64,000 nt of DNA from the NCBI GenBank assembly GCA_964016885.1, contig OZ024741.1, positions 21,638,001 through 21,702,000 on the forward strand, read 5' to 3'. The notes under the pieces were generated by a model that saw only the letters and a list, made by a program, of their open reading frames with translations, searched no databases and was not told where the DNA came from. Position numbers and translations under genes: made by a program. This document shows, piece by piece, positions 15,001-30,000 of this stretch (position 1 is its first letter; each line of letters begins with the position of its first letter). This DNA is from Eledone cirrhosa. Taxonomy: Eukaryota.

Positions 15001-18000
15001 CAGTGGCTGATCATAAACACCTACCTTTGTAATACCATACCACAATGAAACACATTACTTTCACCTGTCGCCATCTTCAGTGTAATTACAGTGGCTGATC
15101 ATAAAAACCTAACTTTGTAATACCATACCACAATGAAACACATTACTTTCACCTGTTGCAATCTTCAGTGTAATTACACTGGCTGAACATAAACACCTAC
15201 CTTTGTAATACCATACCACAATGAAACACATTACTTTCACCTGTTGCCATCTTCAGTGTAGATACACTGGCTGAACATAAACACCTACCTTTGTAATACC
15301 ATACCACAATGAAACACATTACTTTCACCTGTCACCATCTTCAGTGTAATTACACTGGCTGAACATAAACACCCACCTTTGTAATACCATACCACAATGA
15401 AACACATTACTTTCACCTGTCGCCATCTTCAGTTTAATTACACTGGCTGAACATAAACACCTACCTTTGTAATACCATACCACAATGAAACACATTACTT
15501 TCACCTGTCGCCATCTTCAGTTTAATTACACTGGCTGAACATAAACACCTACCTTTGTAATACCATACCACAATGAAACACATTACTTTCACCTGTCACC
15601 ATCTTCAGTGTAATTACACTGGCTGAACATAAACACCTACCTTTGTAATACCATACCACAATGAAACACATTACTTTCACCTGTCGCCATCTTCAGTGTA
15701 ATTACAGTGGCTGAACATAAACACCTACCTTTGTTATACCATACCACAATGAAACACATTACTTTCACCTGTCACCATCTTCAGTGTAATTACTCTGGCT
15801 GAAAATAAACACCTACCTTTGTAATACCATACCACAATGAAACACATTAATTTCACCTGTCGCCATCTTCAGTGTAATAACACTGACTTAACATAAACAC
15901 CTACCTTTGTAATACCATACCACAATGAAACACATTAGTTTCACCTGTCGCCATCTTCAGTGTAATTACACTGGCTGAACATAAACACCTACCTTTGTAA
16001 TACCATACCAAAATGAAACACATTACTTTCACCTGTCGCCATCTTCAGTGTAATTACACTGGCTGAACATAAACACCTACCTTTGTAATACCATACCATA
16101 CCACAATGAAACATATGACTTTCACCTGTTGCCATCTTCAGTGTAGTTACACTGGCTGAACATAAACACCTACCTTTGTAATACCATACCACAATGAAAC
16201 ACATTACTTTCACCTGTCGCCATCTTCAGTGTAATTACACTGGCTGAACATAAACACCTACCTTTGTAATACCATACCACAATGAAACACATTACTTTCA
16301 CCTGTCGCCATGTTCAGTGTAATTACACTGGCTGAACATAAACACCTACCTTTGTAATAACATACCACAATGAAACACATTAGTTTCACCTGTCGCCATC
16401 TTCAGTGTAATTACACTGGCTGAACATAAACACCTACCTTTGTAATACCATACCACAATGAAACACATTACTTTCACCTGTCACCATCTTCAGTGTAATT
16501 ACACTGGCTGAACATAAACACCTACCTTTGTAATACCATACCACAATGAAACACATTACTTTCAGCTGTCGCCATCTTCAGTGTAATTACACTGGCTGAA
16601 CATAAACACCTACCTTTGTAATACCATACCACAATGAAACACATTACTTTCACCTGTCGCCATCTTCATTGTAATTACACTGGCTGAACATAAAAACCTA
16701 CCTTTGTAAAACCATACCACAATGAAACACATTACTTTCACCTGTTGCCATCTTCAGTGTAATTACACTGGCTGAACATAAACACCTACCTTTGTAATAC
16801 CATACCATACCACAATGAAACACATTACTTTCACCTGTCACCATCTTCAGTGTAATTACAGTGGCTGAACATAAACACCTACCTTTGTAATACCATACCA
16901 CAATGAAACACATTACTTTCACCTGTTGCCATCTTCATTGTAATTACACTGGCTGAACATAAAAACCTACCTTTGTAAAACCATACCACAATGAAACACA
17001 TTACTTTCACCTGTTGCCATCTTCAGTGTAATTACACTGGCTGAACATAAACACCTACCTTTGTAATACCATACCATACCACAATGAAACACATTACTTT
17101 CACCTGTCACCATCTTCAGTGTAATTACAGTGGCTGAACATAAACACCTACCTTTGTAATACCATACCACAATGAAACACATTACTTTCACCTGTCACCA
17201 TCTTCAGTGTAATTACAGTGGCTGAACATAAAAACCTACCTTTGTAATACCATACCACAATGAAACACATTACTTTCACCTGTCACCATCTTCAGTGTAA
17301 TTACAGTGGCTGAACATAAACACCTACCTTTGTAATACCATACCACATTGAAACACATTACTTTCACCTGTCTCCATCTTCAGTGTAATTACACTGGCTG
17401 AACATAAACACCTACCTTCGTAAAACCATACCACAATGAAACACATTACTTTCACCTGTTGCCATCTTCAGTGTAATTACACTGGCTGAACATAAACACC
17501 TACCTTTGTAATACCATACCACAATGAAACATATTACTTTCACCTGTTGACATCTTCAGTGTAATTACACTGGCTGAACATAAACACCTACCTTTGTAAT
17601 ACCATACCACAATGAAACATATTACTTTCACCTGTTGCCATCTTCAGTGTAATTACACTGGCTGAACATAAACACCTACCTTTGTAATACCATACCACAA
17701 TGAAACATATTACTTTCACCTGTTGCCATCTTCAGTGTAATTACACTGGCTGAACATAAACACCTACCTTTGTAATACCATACCACAATGAAACATATTA
17801 CTTTCACCTGTTGACATCTTCAGTGTAATTACACTGGCTGAACATAAACACCTACCTTTGTAATACCATACCACAATGAAACACATTACTTTCACCTGTC
17901 GCCATGTTCAGTGTAATTACACTGGCTGAACATAAACACCTACCTTTGTAATACCATACCACAATGAAACACATTAGTTTCACCTGTCGCCATCTTCAGT

Positions 18001-21000
18001 GTAATTACACTGGCTGAACATAAACACCTACCTTTGTAATACCATACCACAATGAAACACATTACTTTCACCTGTCGCCATCTTCATTGTAATTACACTG
18101 GCTGAACATAAAAACCTACCTTTGTAAAACCATACCACAATGAAACACATTACTTTCACCTGTTGCCATCTTGAGTGTAATTACACTGGCTGAACATAAA
18201 CACCTACCTTTGTAATACCATAACACAATGAAACACATTACTTTCACCTGTCACCATCTTCAGTGTAATTACAGTGGCTGAACATAAACACCTACCTTTG
18301 TAATACCATACCACAATGAAACACATTACTTTCACCTGTCACCATCTTCAGTGTAATTACAGTGGCTGAACATAAAAACCTACCTTTGTAAAACCATACC
18401 ACAATGAAACACATTACTTTCACCTGTCTCCATCTTCAGTGTAATTACACTGGCTGAACATAAACACCTACCTTCGTAATACCATACCACAATGAAACAC
18501 ATTAGTTTCACCTGTCACCATCTTCAGTGTAATTACAGTGGCTGAACATAAACACCTACCTTTGTTATACCATACCACAATGAAACACATTACTTTCACC
18601 TGTCACCATCTTCAGTGTAATTACTCTGGCTGAAAATAAACACCTACCTTTGTAATACCATACCACAATGAAACACATTAATTTCACCTGTCGCCATCTT
18701 CAGTGTAATAACACTGACTTAACATAAACACCTACCTTTGTAATACCATACCACAATGAAACACATTAGTTTCACCTGTCGCCATCTTCAGTGTAATTAC
18801 ACTGGCTGAACATAAACACCTACCTTTGTAATACCATACCAAAATGAAACACATTACTTTCACCTGTCGCCATCTTCAGTGTAATTACACTGGCTGAACA
18901 TAAACACCTACCTTTGTAATACCATACCATACCACAATGAAACATATGACTTTCACCTGTTGCCATCTTCAGTGTAGTTACACTGGCTGAACATAAACAC
19001 CTACCTTTGTAATACCATACCACAATGAAACACATTACTTTCACCTGTCGCCATCTTCAGTGTAATTACACTGGCTGAACATAAACACCTACCTTTGTAA
19101 TACCATACCACAATGAAACACATTACTTTCACCTGTCGCCATCTTCAGTGTAATTACAGTGGCTGATCATAAAAACCTACCTTTGTAATACCATACCACA
19201 ATGAAACACATTACTTTCACCTGTTGCCATCTTCAGTGTAATTACACTGGCTGAACATAAACACCTACCTTTGTAATACCATACCACAATGAAACACATT
19301 ACTTTCACCTGTCGCCATCTTCATTGTAATTACACTGGCTGAACATAAAAACCTACCTTTGTAAAACCATACCACAATGAAACACATTACTTTCACCTGT
19401 TGCCATCTTCAGTGTAATTACACTGGCTGAACTTAAACACCTACCTTTGTAATACCATACCACAATTAAACACATTACTTTCACCTGTCACCATCTTCAG
19501 TGTAATTACACTGGCTGAACATAAACATCTACCTTTGTAATACCATACCACAATTAAACACATTACTTTCACCTGTCGCCATGTTCAGTGTAATTACACT
19601 GGCTGAATATAAACACCTACCTTTGTAATACCATATCACAATGAAACATTACTTTCACCTGTTGCCATCTTCAGTGTAATTACACTGGCTGAATATAAAC
19701 ACCTACCTTTGTTATACCATACCAAAATGAAACATTACTTTCACCTGTCGCCATCTTCAGTGTAATTACACTGGCTGAATATAAACACCTACCTTTGTAA
19801 TACCATACCACAGTGAAACATTACTTTCACCTGTCGCCATCTTCAGTGTAATTACACTGGCTGAACATAAACACCTACCTTTGTAATACCATACCACAAT
19901 GAAACACATTACTTTCACCTGTCGCCATCTTCAGTGTAATTACACTGGCTGAATATAAACACCTACCTTTGTAATACCATACCACAATGAAACACATTAC
20001 TTTCACCTGTCGCCATCTTCAGTGTAATTACACTGGCTGAACATAAACACCTACCTTTGTAATACCATACCACAATGAAACACATTACTTTCACTTGTCG
20101 CCATCTTCAGTGTAATTACACTGGCTGAACATAAACACCTACCTTTGTAATACCATACCACAATGAAACACATTACTTTCACCTGTCACCATCTTCAGTG
20201 TAATTACACTGGCTGAACATAAACACCTACCTTTGTAATACCATACCACAATGAAACACATTACTTTCACCTGTCACCATCTTCAGTGTAATTACACTGG
20301 CTGAACATAAACACCTACCTTTGTAATACCATACCACAATGAAACACATTACTTTCACCTGTCGCCATCTTCAGTGTAATTACACTGGCTGAACATAAAC
20401 ACCTACCTTTGTAATACCATACCACAATGAAACACATTACTTTCACCTGTCACCATCTTCAGTGTAATTACACTGGCTGAACATAAACACCTACCTTTGT
20501 AATACCATACCACAATGAAACACATTACTTTCACCTGTCGCCATCTTCAGTGTAATTACACTGGCTGAACATAAACACCTACCTTTGTAATACCATACCA
20601 CAATGAAACACATTAGTTTCACCTGTCGCCATCTTCAGTGTAATTACAGTGGCTGATCATAAACACCTACCTTTGTAATACCATACCACAATGAAACACA
20701 TTACTTTCACCTGTCGCCATCTTCAGTGTAATTACAGTGGCTGATCATAAAAACCTAACTTTGTAATACCATACCACAATGAAACACATTACTTTCACCT
20801 GTTGCAATCTTCAGTGTAATTACACTGGCTGAACATAAACACCTACCTTTGTAATACCATACCACAATGAAACACATTACTTTCACCTGTTGCCATCTTC
20901 AGTGTAGATACACTGGCTGAACATAAACACCTACCTTTGTAATACCATACCACAATGAAACACATTACTTTCACCTGTCACCATCTTCAGTGTAATTACA

Positions 21001-24000
21001 CTGGCTGAACATAAACACCCACCTTTGTAATACCATACCACAATGAAACACATTACTTTCACCTGTCGCCATCTTCAGTTTAATTACACTGGCTGAACAT
21101 AAACACCTACCTTTGTAATACCATACCACAATGAAACACATTACTTTCACCTGTCGCCATCTTCAGTTTAATTACACTGGCTGAACATAAACACCTACCT
21201 TTGTAATACCATACCACAATGAAACACATTACTTTCACCTGTCACCATCTTCAGTGTAATTACACTGGCTGAACATAAACACCTACCTTTGTAATACCAT
21301 ACCACAATGAAACACATTACTTTCACCTGTCGCCATCTTCAGTGTAATTACAGTGGCTGAACATAAACACCTACCTTTGTTATACCATACCACAATGAAA
21401 CACATTACTTTCACCTGTCACCATCTTCAGTGTAATTACTCTGGCTGAAAATAAACACCTACCTTTGTAATACCATACCACAATGAAACACATTAATTTC
21501 ACCTGTCGCCATCTTCAGTGTAATAACACTGACTTAACATAAACACCTACCTTTGTAATACCATACCACAATGAAACACATTAGTTTCACCTGTCGCCAT
21601 CTTCAGTGTAATTACACTGGCTGAACATAAACACCTACCTTTGTAATACCATACCAAAATGAAACACATTACTTTCACCTGTCGCCATCTTCAGTGTAAT
21701 TACACTGGCTGAACATAAACACCTACCTTTGTAATACCATACCATACCACAATGAAACATATGACTTTCACCTGTTGCCATCTTCAGTGTAGTTACACTG
21801 GCTGAACATAAACACCTACCTTTGTAATACCATACCACAATGAAACACATTACTTTCACCTGTCGCCATCTTCAGTGTAATTACACTGGCTGAACATAAA
21901 CACCTACCTTTGTAATACCATACCACAATGAAACACATTACTTTCACCTGTCGCCATCTTCAGTGTAATTACAGTGGCTGATCATAAAAACCTACCTTTG
22001 TAATACCATACCACAATGAAACACATTACTTTCACCTGTTGCCATCTTCAGTGTAATTACACTGGCTGAACATAAACACCTACCTTTGTAATACCATACC
22101 ACAATGAAACACATTACTTTCACCTGTCGCCATCTTCATTGTAATTACACTGGCTGAACATAAAAACCTACCTTTGTAAAACCATACCACAATGAAACAC
22201 ATTACTTTAACCTGTTGCCATCTTCAGTGTAATTACACTGGCTGAACATAAACACCTACCTTTGTAATACCATACCATACCACAATGAAACATATTACTT
22301 TCACCTGTTGACATCTTCAGTGTAATTACACTGGCTGAACATAAACACCTACCTTTGTAATACCATACCACAATGAAACACATTACTTTCACCTGTCGCC
22401 ATGTTCAGTGTAATTACACTGGCTGAACATAAACACCTACCTTTGTAATAACATACCACAATGAAACACATTAGTTTCACCTGTCGCCATCTTCAGTGTA
22501 ATTACACTGGCTGAACATAAACACCTACCTTTGTAATACCATACCACAATGAAACACATTACTTTCACCTGTCACCATCTTCAGTGTAATTACACTGGCT
22601 GAACATAAACACCTACCTTTGTAATACCATACCACAATGAAACACATTACTTTCAGCTGTCGCCATCTTCAGTGTAATTACACTGGCTGAACATAAACAC
22701 CTACCTTTGTAATACCATACCACAATGAAACACATTACTTTCACCTGTCGCCATCTTCATTGTAATTACACTGGCTGAACATAAAAACCTACCTTTGTAA
22801 AACCATACCACAATGAAACACATTACTTTCACCTGTTGCCATCTTCAGTGTAATTACACTGGCTGAACATAAACACCTACCTTTGTAATACCATACCATA
22901 CCACAATGAAACACATTACTTTCACCTGTCACCATCTTCAGTGTAATTACAGTGGCTGAACATAAACACCTACCTTTGTAATACCATACCACAATGAAAC
23001 ACATTACTTTCACCTGTTGCCATCTTCATTGTAATTACACTGGCTGAACATAAAAACCTACCTTTGTAAAACCATACCACAATGAAACACATTACTTTCA
23101 CCTGTTGCCATCTTCAGTGTAATTACACTGGCTGAACATAAACACCTACCTTTGTAATACCATACCATACCACAATGAAACACATTACTTTCACCTGTCA
23201 CCATCTTCAGTGTAATTACAGTGGCTGAACATAAACACCTACCTTTGTAATACCATACCACAATGAAACACATTACTTTCACCTGTCACCATCTTCAGTG
23301 TAATTACAGTGGCTGAACATAAAAACCTACCTTTGTAATACCATACCACAATGAAACACATTACTTTCACCTGTCACCATCTTCAGTGTAATTACAGTGG
23401 CTGAACATAAACACCTACCTTTGTAATACCATACCACAATGAAACACATTACTTTCACCTGTCTCCATCTTCAGTGTAATTACACTGGCTGAACATAAAC
23501 ACCTACCTTCGTAAAACCATACCACAATGAAACACATTACTTTCACCTGTTGCCATCTTCAGTGTAATTACACTGGCTGAACATAAACACCTACCTTTGT
23601 AATACCATACCACAATGAAACATATTACTTTCACCTGTTGACATCTTCAGTGTAATTACACTGGCTGAACATAAACACCTACCTTTGTAATACCATACCA
23701 CAATGAAACATATTACTTTCACCTGTTGCCATCTTCAGTGTAATTACACTGGCTGAACATAAACACCTACCTTTGTAATACCATACCACAATGAAACATA
23801 TTACTTTCACCTGTTGCCATCTTCAGTGTAATTACACTGGCTGAACATAAACACCTACCTTTGTAATACCATACCACAATGAAACATATTACTTTCACCT
23901 GTTGACATCTTCAGTGTAATTACACTGGCTGAACATAAACACCTACCTTTGTAATACCATACCACAATGAAACACATTACTTTCACCTGTCGCCATGTTC

Positions 24001-27000
24001 AGTGTAATTGCACTGGCTGAACATAAACACCTACCTTTGTAATACCATACCACAATGAAACACATTAGTTTCACCTGTCGCCATCTTCAGTGTAATTACA
24101 CTGGCTGAACATAAACACCTACCTTTGTAATACCATACCACAATGAAACACATTAGTTTCACCTGTCTCCATCTTCAGTGTAATTACACTGGCTGAACAT
24201 AAACACCTACCTTTGTAATACCATACCACAATGAAACACATTACTTTCACCTGTCGCCATCTTCATTGTAATTACACTGGCTGAACATAAAAACCTACCT
24301 TTGTAAAACCATACCACAATGAAACACATTACTTTCACCTGTTGCCATCTTCAGTGTAATTACACTGGCTGAATATAAACACCTACCTTTGTAATACCAT
24401 AACACAATGAAACACATTACTTTCACCTGTCACCATCTTCAGTGTAATTACAGTGGCTGAACATAAACACCTACCTTTGTAATACCATACCACAATGAAA
24501 CACATTACTTTCACCTGTCACCATCTTCAGTGTAATTACACTGGCTGAACATAAACACCTACCTTTGTAATACCATACCACAATGAAACATATTACTTTC
24601 ACCTGTTGACATCTTCAGTGTAATTACACTGGCTGAACATAAACACCTACCTTTGTAATACCATACCACAATGAAACATATTACTTTCACCTGTTGCCAT
24701 CTTCAGTGTAATTACACTGGCTGAACATAAACACCTACCTTTGTAATACCATACCACAATGAAACATATTACTTTCACCTGTTGCCATCTTCAGTGTAAT
24801 TACACTGGCTGAACATAAACACCTACCTTTGTAATACCATACCACAATGAAACATATTACTTTCACCTGTTGACATCTTCAGTGTAATTACACTGGCTGA
24901 ACATAAACACCTACCTTTGTAATACCATACCACAATGAAACACATTACTTTCACCTGTCGCCATGTTCAGTGTAATTACACTGGCTGAACATAAACACCT
25001 ACCTTTGTAATACCATACCACAATGAAACACATTAGTTTCACCTGTCGCCATCTTCAGTGTAATTACACTGGCTGAACATAAACACCTACCTTTGTAATA
25101 CCATACCACAATGAAACACATTTGTTTCACCTGTCTCCATCTACAGTGTAATTACACTGGCTGAACATAAACACCTACCTTTGTAATACCATACCACAAT
25201 GAAACACATTACTTTCACCTGTCGCCATCTTCATTGTAATTACACTGGCTGAACATAAAAACCTACCTTTGTAAAACCATACCACAATGAAACACATTAC
25301 TTTCACCTGTTGCCATCTTGAGTGTAATTACACTGGCTGAACATAAACACCTACCTTTGTAATACCATAACACAATGAAACACATTACTTTCACCTGTCA
25401 CCATCTTCAGTGTAATTACAGTGGCTGAACATAAACACCTACCTTTGTAATACCATACCACAATGAAACACATTACTTTCACCTGTCACCATCTTCAGTG
25501 TAATTACAGTGGCTGAACATAAAAACCTACCTTTGTAAAACCATACCACAATGAAACACATTACTTTCACCTGTCTCCATCTTCAGTGTAATTACACTGG
25601 CTGAACATAAACACCTACCTTCGTAATACCATACCACAATGAAACACATTAGTTTCACCTGTCACCATCTTCAGTGTAATTACAGTGGCTGAACATAAAC
25701 ACCTACCTTTGTTATACCATACCACAATGAAACACATTACTTTCACCTGTCACCATCTTCAGTGTAATTACTCTGGCTGAAAATAAACACCTACCTTTGT
25801 AATACCATACCACAATGAAACACATTAATTTCACCTGTCGCCATCTTCAGTGTAATAACACTGACTTAACATAAACACCTACCTTTGTAATACCATACCA
25901 CAATGAAACACATTAGTTTCACCTGTCGCCATCTTCAGTGTAATTACACTGGCTGAACATAAACACCTACCTTTGTAATACCATACCAAAATGAAACACA
26001 TTACTTTCACCTGTCGCCATCTTCAGTGTAATTACACTGGCTGAACATAAACACCTACCTTTGTAATACCATACCATACCACAATGAAACATATGACTTT
26101 CACCTGTTGCCATCTTCAGTGTAGTTACACTGGCTGAACATAAACACCTACCTTTGTAATACCATACCACAATGAAACACATTACTTTCACCTGTCGCCA
26201 TCTTCAGTGTAATTACACTGGCTGAACATAAACACCTACCTTTGTAATACCATACCACAATGAAACACATTACTTTCACCTGTCGCCATCTTCAGTGTAA
26301 TTACAGTGGCTGATCATAAAAACCTACCTTTGTAATACCATACCACAATGAAACACATTACTTTCACCTGTTGCCATCTTCAGTGTAATTACACTGGCTG
26401 AACATAAACACCTACCTTTGTAATACCATACCACAATGAAACACATTACTTTCACCTGTCGCCATCTTCATTGTAATTACACTGGCTGAACATAAAAACC
26501 TACCTTTGTAAAACCATACCACAATGAAACACATTACTTTCACCTGTTGCCATCTTCAGTGTAATTACACTGGCTGAACATAAACACCTACCTTTGTAAT
26601 ACCATACCATACCACAATGAAACATATTACTTTCACCTGTTGACATCTTCAGTGTAATTACACTGGCTGAACATAAACACCTACCTTTGTAATACCATAC
26701 CACAATGAAACACATTACTTTCACCTGTCGCCATGTTCAGTGTAATTACACTGGCTGAACATAAACACCTACCTTTGTAATAACATACCACAATGAAACA
26801 CATTAGTTTCACCTGTCGCCATCTTCAGTGTAATTACACTGGCTGAACATAAACACCTACCTTTGTAATACCATACCACAATGAAACACATTACTTTCAG
26901 CTGTCGCCATCTTCAGTGTAATTACACTGGCTGAACATAAACACCTACCTTTGTAATACCATACCACAATGAAACACATTACTTTCACCTGTCGCCATCT

Positions 27001-30000
27001 TCATTGTAATTACACTGGCTGAACATAAAAACCTACCTTTGTAAAACCATACCACAATGAAACACATTACTTTCACCTGTTGCCATCTTCAGTGTAATTA
27101 CACTGGCTGAACATAAACACCTACCTTTGTAATACCATACCATACCACAATGAAACACATTACTTTCACCTGTCACCATCTTCAGTGTAATTACAGTGGC
27201 TGAACATAAACACCTACCTTTGTAATACCATACCACAATGAAACACATTACTTTCACCTGTTGCCATCTTCATTGTAATTACACTGGCTGAACATAAAAA
27301 CCTACCTTTGTAAAACCATACCACAATGAAACACATTACTTTCACCTGTTGCCATCTTCAGTGTAATTACACTGGCTGAACATAAACACCTACCTTTGTA
27401 ATACCATACCATACCACAATGAAACACATTACTTTCACCTGTCACCATCTTCAGTGTAATTACAGTGGCTGAACATAAACACCTACCTTTGTAATACCAT
27501 ACCACAATGAAACACATTACTTTCACCTGTCACCATCTTCAGTGTAATTACAGTGGCTGAACATAAAAACCTACCTTTGTAATACCATACCACAATGAAA
27601 CACATTACTTTCACCTGTCACCATCTTCAGTGTAATTACAGTGGCTGAACATAAACACCTACCTTTGTAATACCATACCACAATGAAACACATTACTTTC
27701 ACCTGTCTCCATCTTCAGTGTAATTACACTGGCTGAACATAAACACCTACCTTCGTAAAACCATACCACAATGAAACACATTACTTTCACCTGTTGCCAT
27801 CTTCAGTGTAATTACACTGGCTGAACATAAACACCTACCTTTGTAATACCATACCACAATGAAACATATTACTTTCACCTGTTGACATCTTCAGTGTAAT
27901 TACACTGGCTGAACATAAACACCTACCTTTGTAATACCATACCACAATGAAACATATTACTTTCACCTGTTGCCATCTTCAGTGTAATTACACTGGCTGA
28001 ACATAAACACCTACCTTTGTAATACCATACCACAATGAAACATATTACTTTCACCTGTTGCCATCTTCAGTGTAATTACACTGGCTGAACATAAACACCT
28101 ACCTTTGTAATACCATACCACAATGAAACATATTACTTTCACCTGTTGACATCTTCAGTGTAATTACACTGGCTGAACATAAACACCTACCTTTGTAATA
28201 CCATACCACAATGAAACACATTACTTTCACCTGTCGCCATGTTCAGTGTAATTACACTGGCTGAACATAAACACCTACCTTTGTAATACCATACCACAAT
28301 GAAACACATTAGTTTCACCTGTCGCCATCTTCAGTGTAATTACACTGGCTGAACATAAACACCTACCTTTGTAATACCATACCACAATGAAACACATTAG
28401 TTTCACCTGTCTCCATCTTCAGTGTAATTACACTGGCTGAACATAAACACCTACCTTTGTAATACCATACCATACCACAATGAAACATATGACTTTCACC
28501 TGTTGCCATCTTCAGTGTAGTTACACTGGCTGAACATAAACACCTACCTTTGTAATACCATACCACAATGAAACACATTACTTTCACCTGTCGCCATCTT
28601 CAGTGTAATTACACTGGCTGAACATAAACACCTACCTTTGTAATACCATACCACAATGAAACACATTACTTTCACCTGTCGCCATCTTCAGTGTAATTAC
28701 AGTGGCTGATCATAAAAACCTACCTTTGTAATACCATACCACAATGAAACACATTACTTTCACCTGTTGCCATCTTCAGTGTAATTACACTGGCTGAACA
28801 TAAACACCTACCTTTGTAATACCATACCACAATGAAACACATTACTTTCACCTGTCGCCATCTTCATTGTAATTACACTGGCTGAACATAAAAACCTACC
28901 TTTGTAAAACCATACCACAATGAAACACATTACTTTCACCTGTTGCCATCTTCAGTGTAATTACACTGGCTGAACATAAACACCTACCTTTGTAATACCA
29001 TACCATACCACAATGAAACATATTACTTTCTCCTGTTGACATCTTCAGTGTAATTACACTGGCTGAACATAAACACCTACCTTTGTAATACCATACCACA
29101 ATGAAACACATTACTTTCACCTGTCGCCATCTTCAGTGTAATTACACTGGCTGAACATAAACACCTACCTTTGTAATAACATACCACAATGAAACACATT
29201 AGTTTCACCTGTCGCCATCTTCAGTGTAATTACACTGGCTGAACATAAACACCTACCTTTGTAATACCATACCACAATGAAACACATTACTTTCAGCTGT
29301 CGCCATCTTCAGTGTAATTACACTGGCTGAACATAAACACCTACCTTTGTAATACCATACCACAATGAAACACATTACTTTCACCTGTCGCCATCTTCAT
29401 TGTAATTACACTGGCTGAACATAAAAACCTACCTTTGTAAAACCATACCACAATGAAACACATTACTTTCACCTGTTGCCATCTTCAGTGTAATTACACT
29501 GGCTGAACATAAACACCTACCTTTGTAATACCATACCATACCACAATGAAACACATTACTTTCACCTGTCACCATCTTCAGTGTAATTACAGTGGCTGAA
29601 CATAAACACCTACCTTTGTAATACCATACCACAATGAAACACATTACTTTCACCTGTTGCCATCTTCATTGTAATTACACTGGCTGAACATAAAAACCTA
29701 CCTTTGTAAAACCATACCACAATGAAACACATTACTTTCACCTGTTGCCATCTTCAGTGTAATTACACTGGCTGAACATAAACACCTACCTTTGTAATAC
29801 CATACCATACCACAATGAAACACATTACTTTCACCTGTCACCATCTTCAGTGTAATTACAGTGGCTGAACATAAACACCTACCTTTGTAATACCATACCA
29901 CAATGAAACACATTACTTTCACCTGTCACCATCTTCAGTGTAATTACAGTGGCTGAACATAAAAACCTACCTTTGTAATACCATACCACAATGAAACACA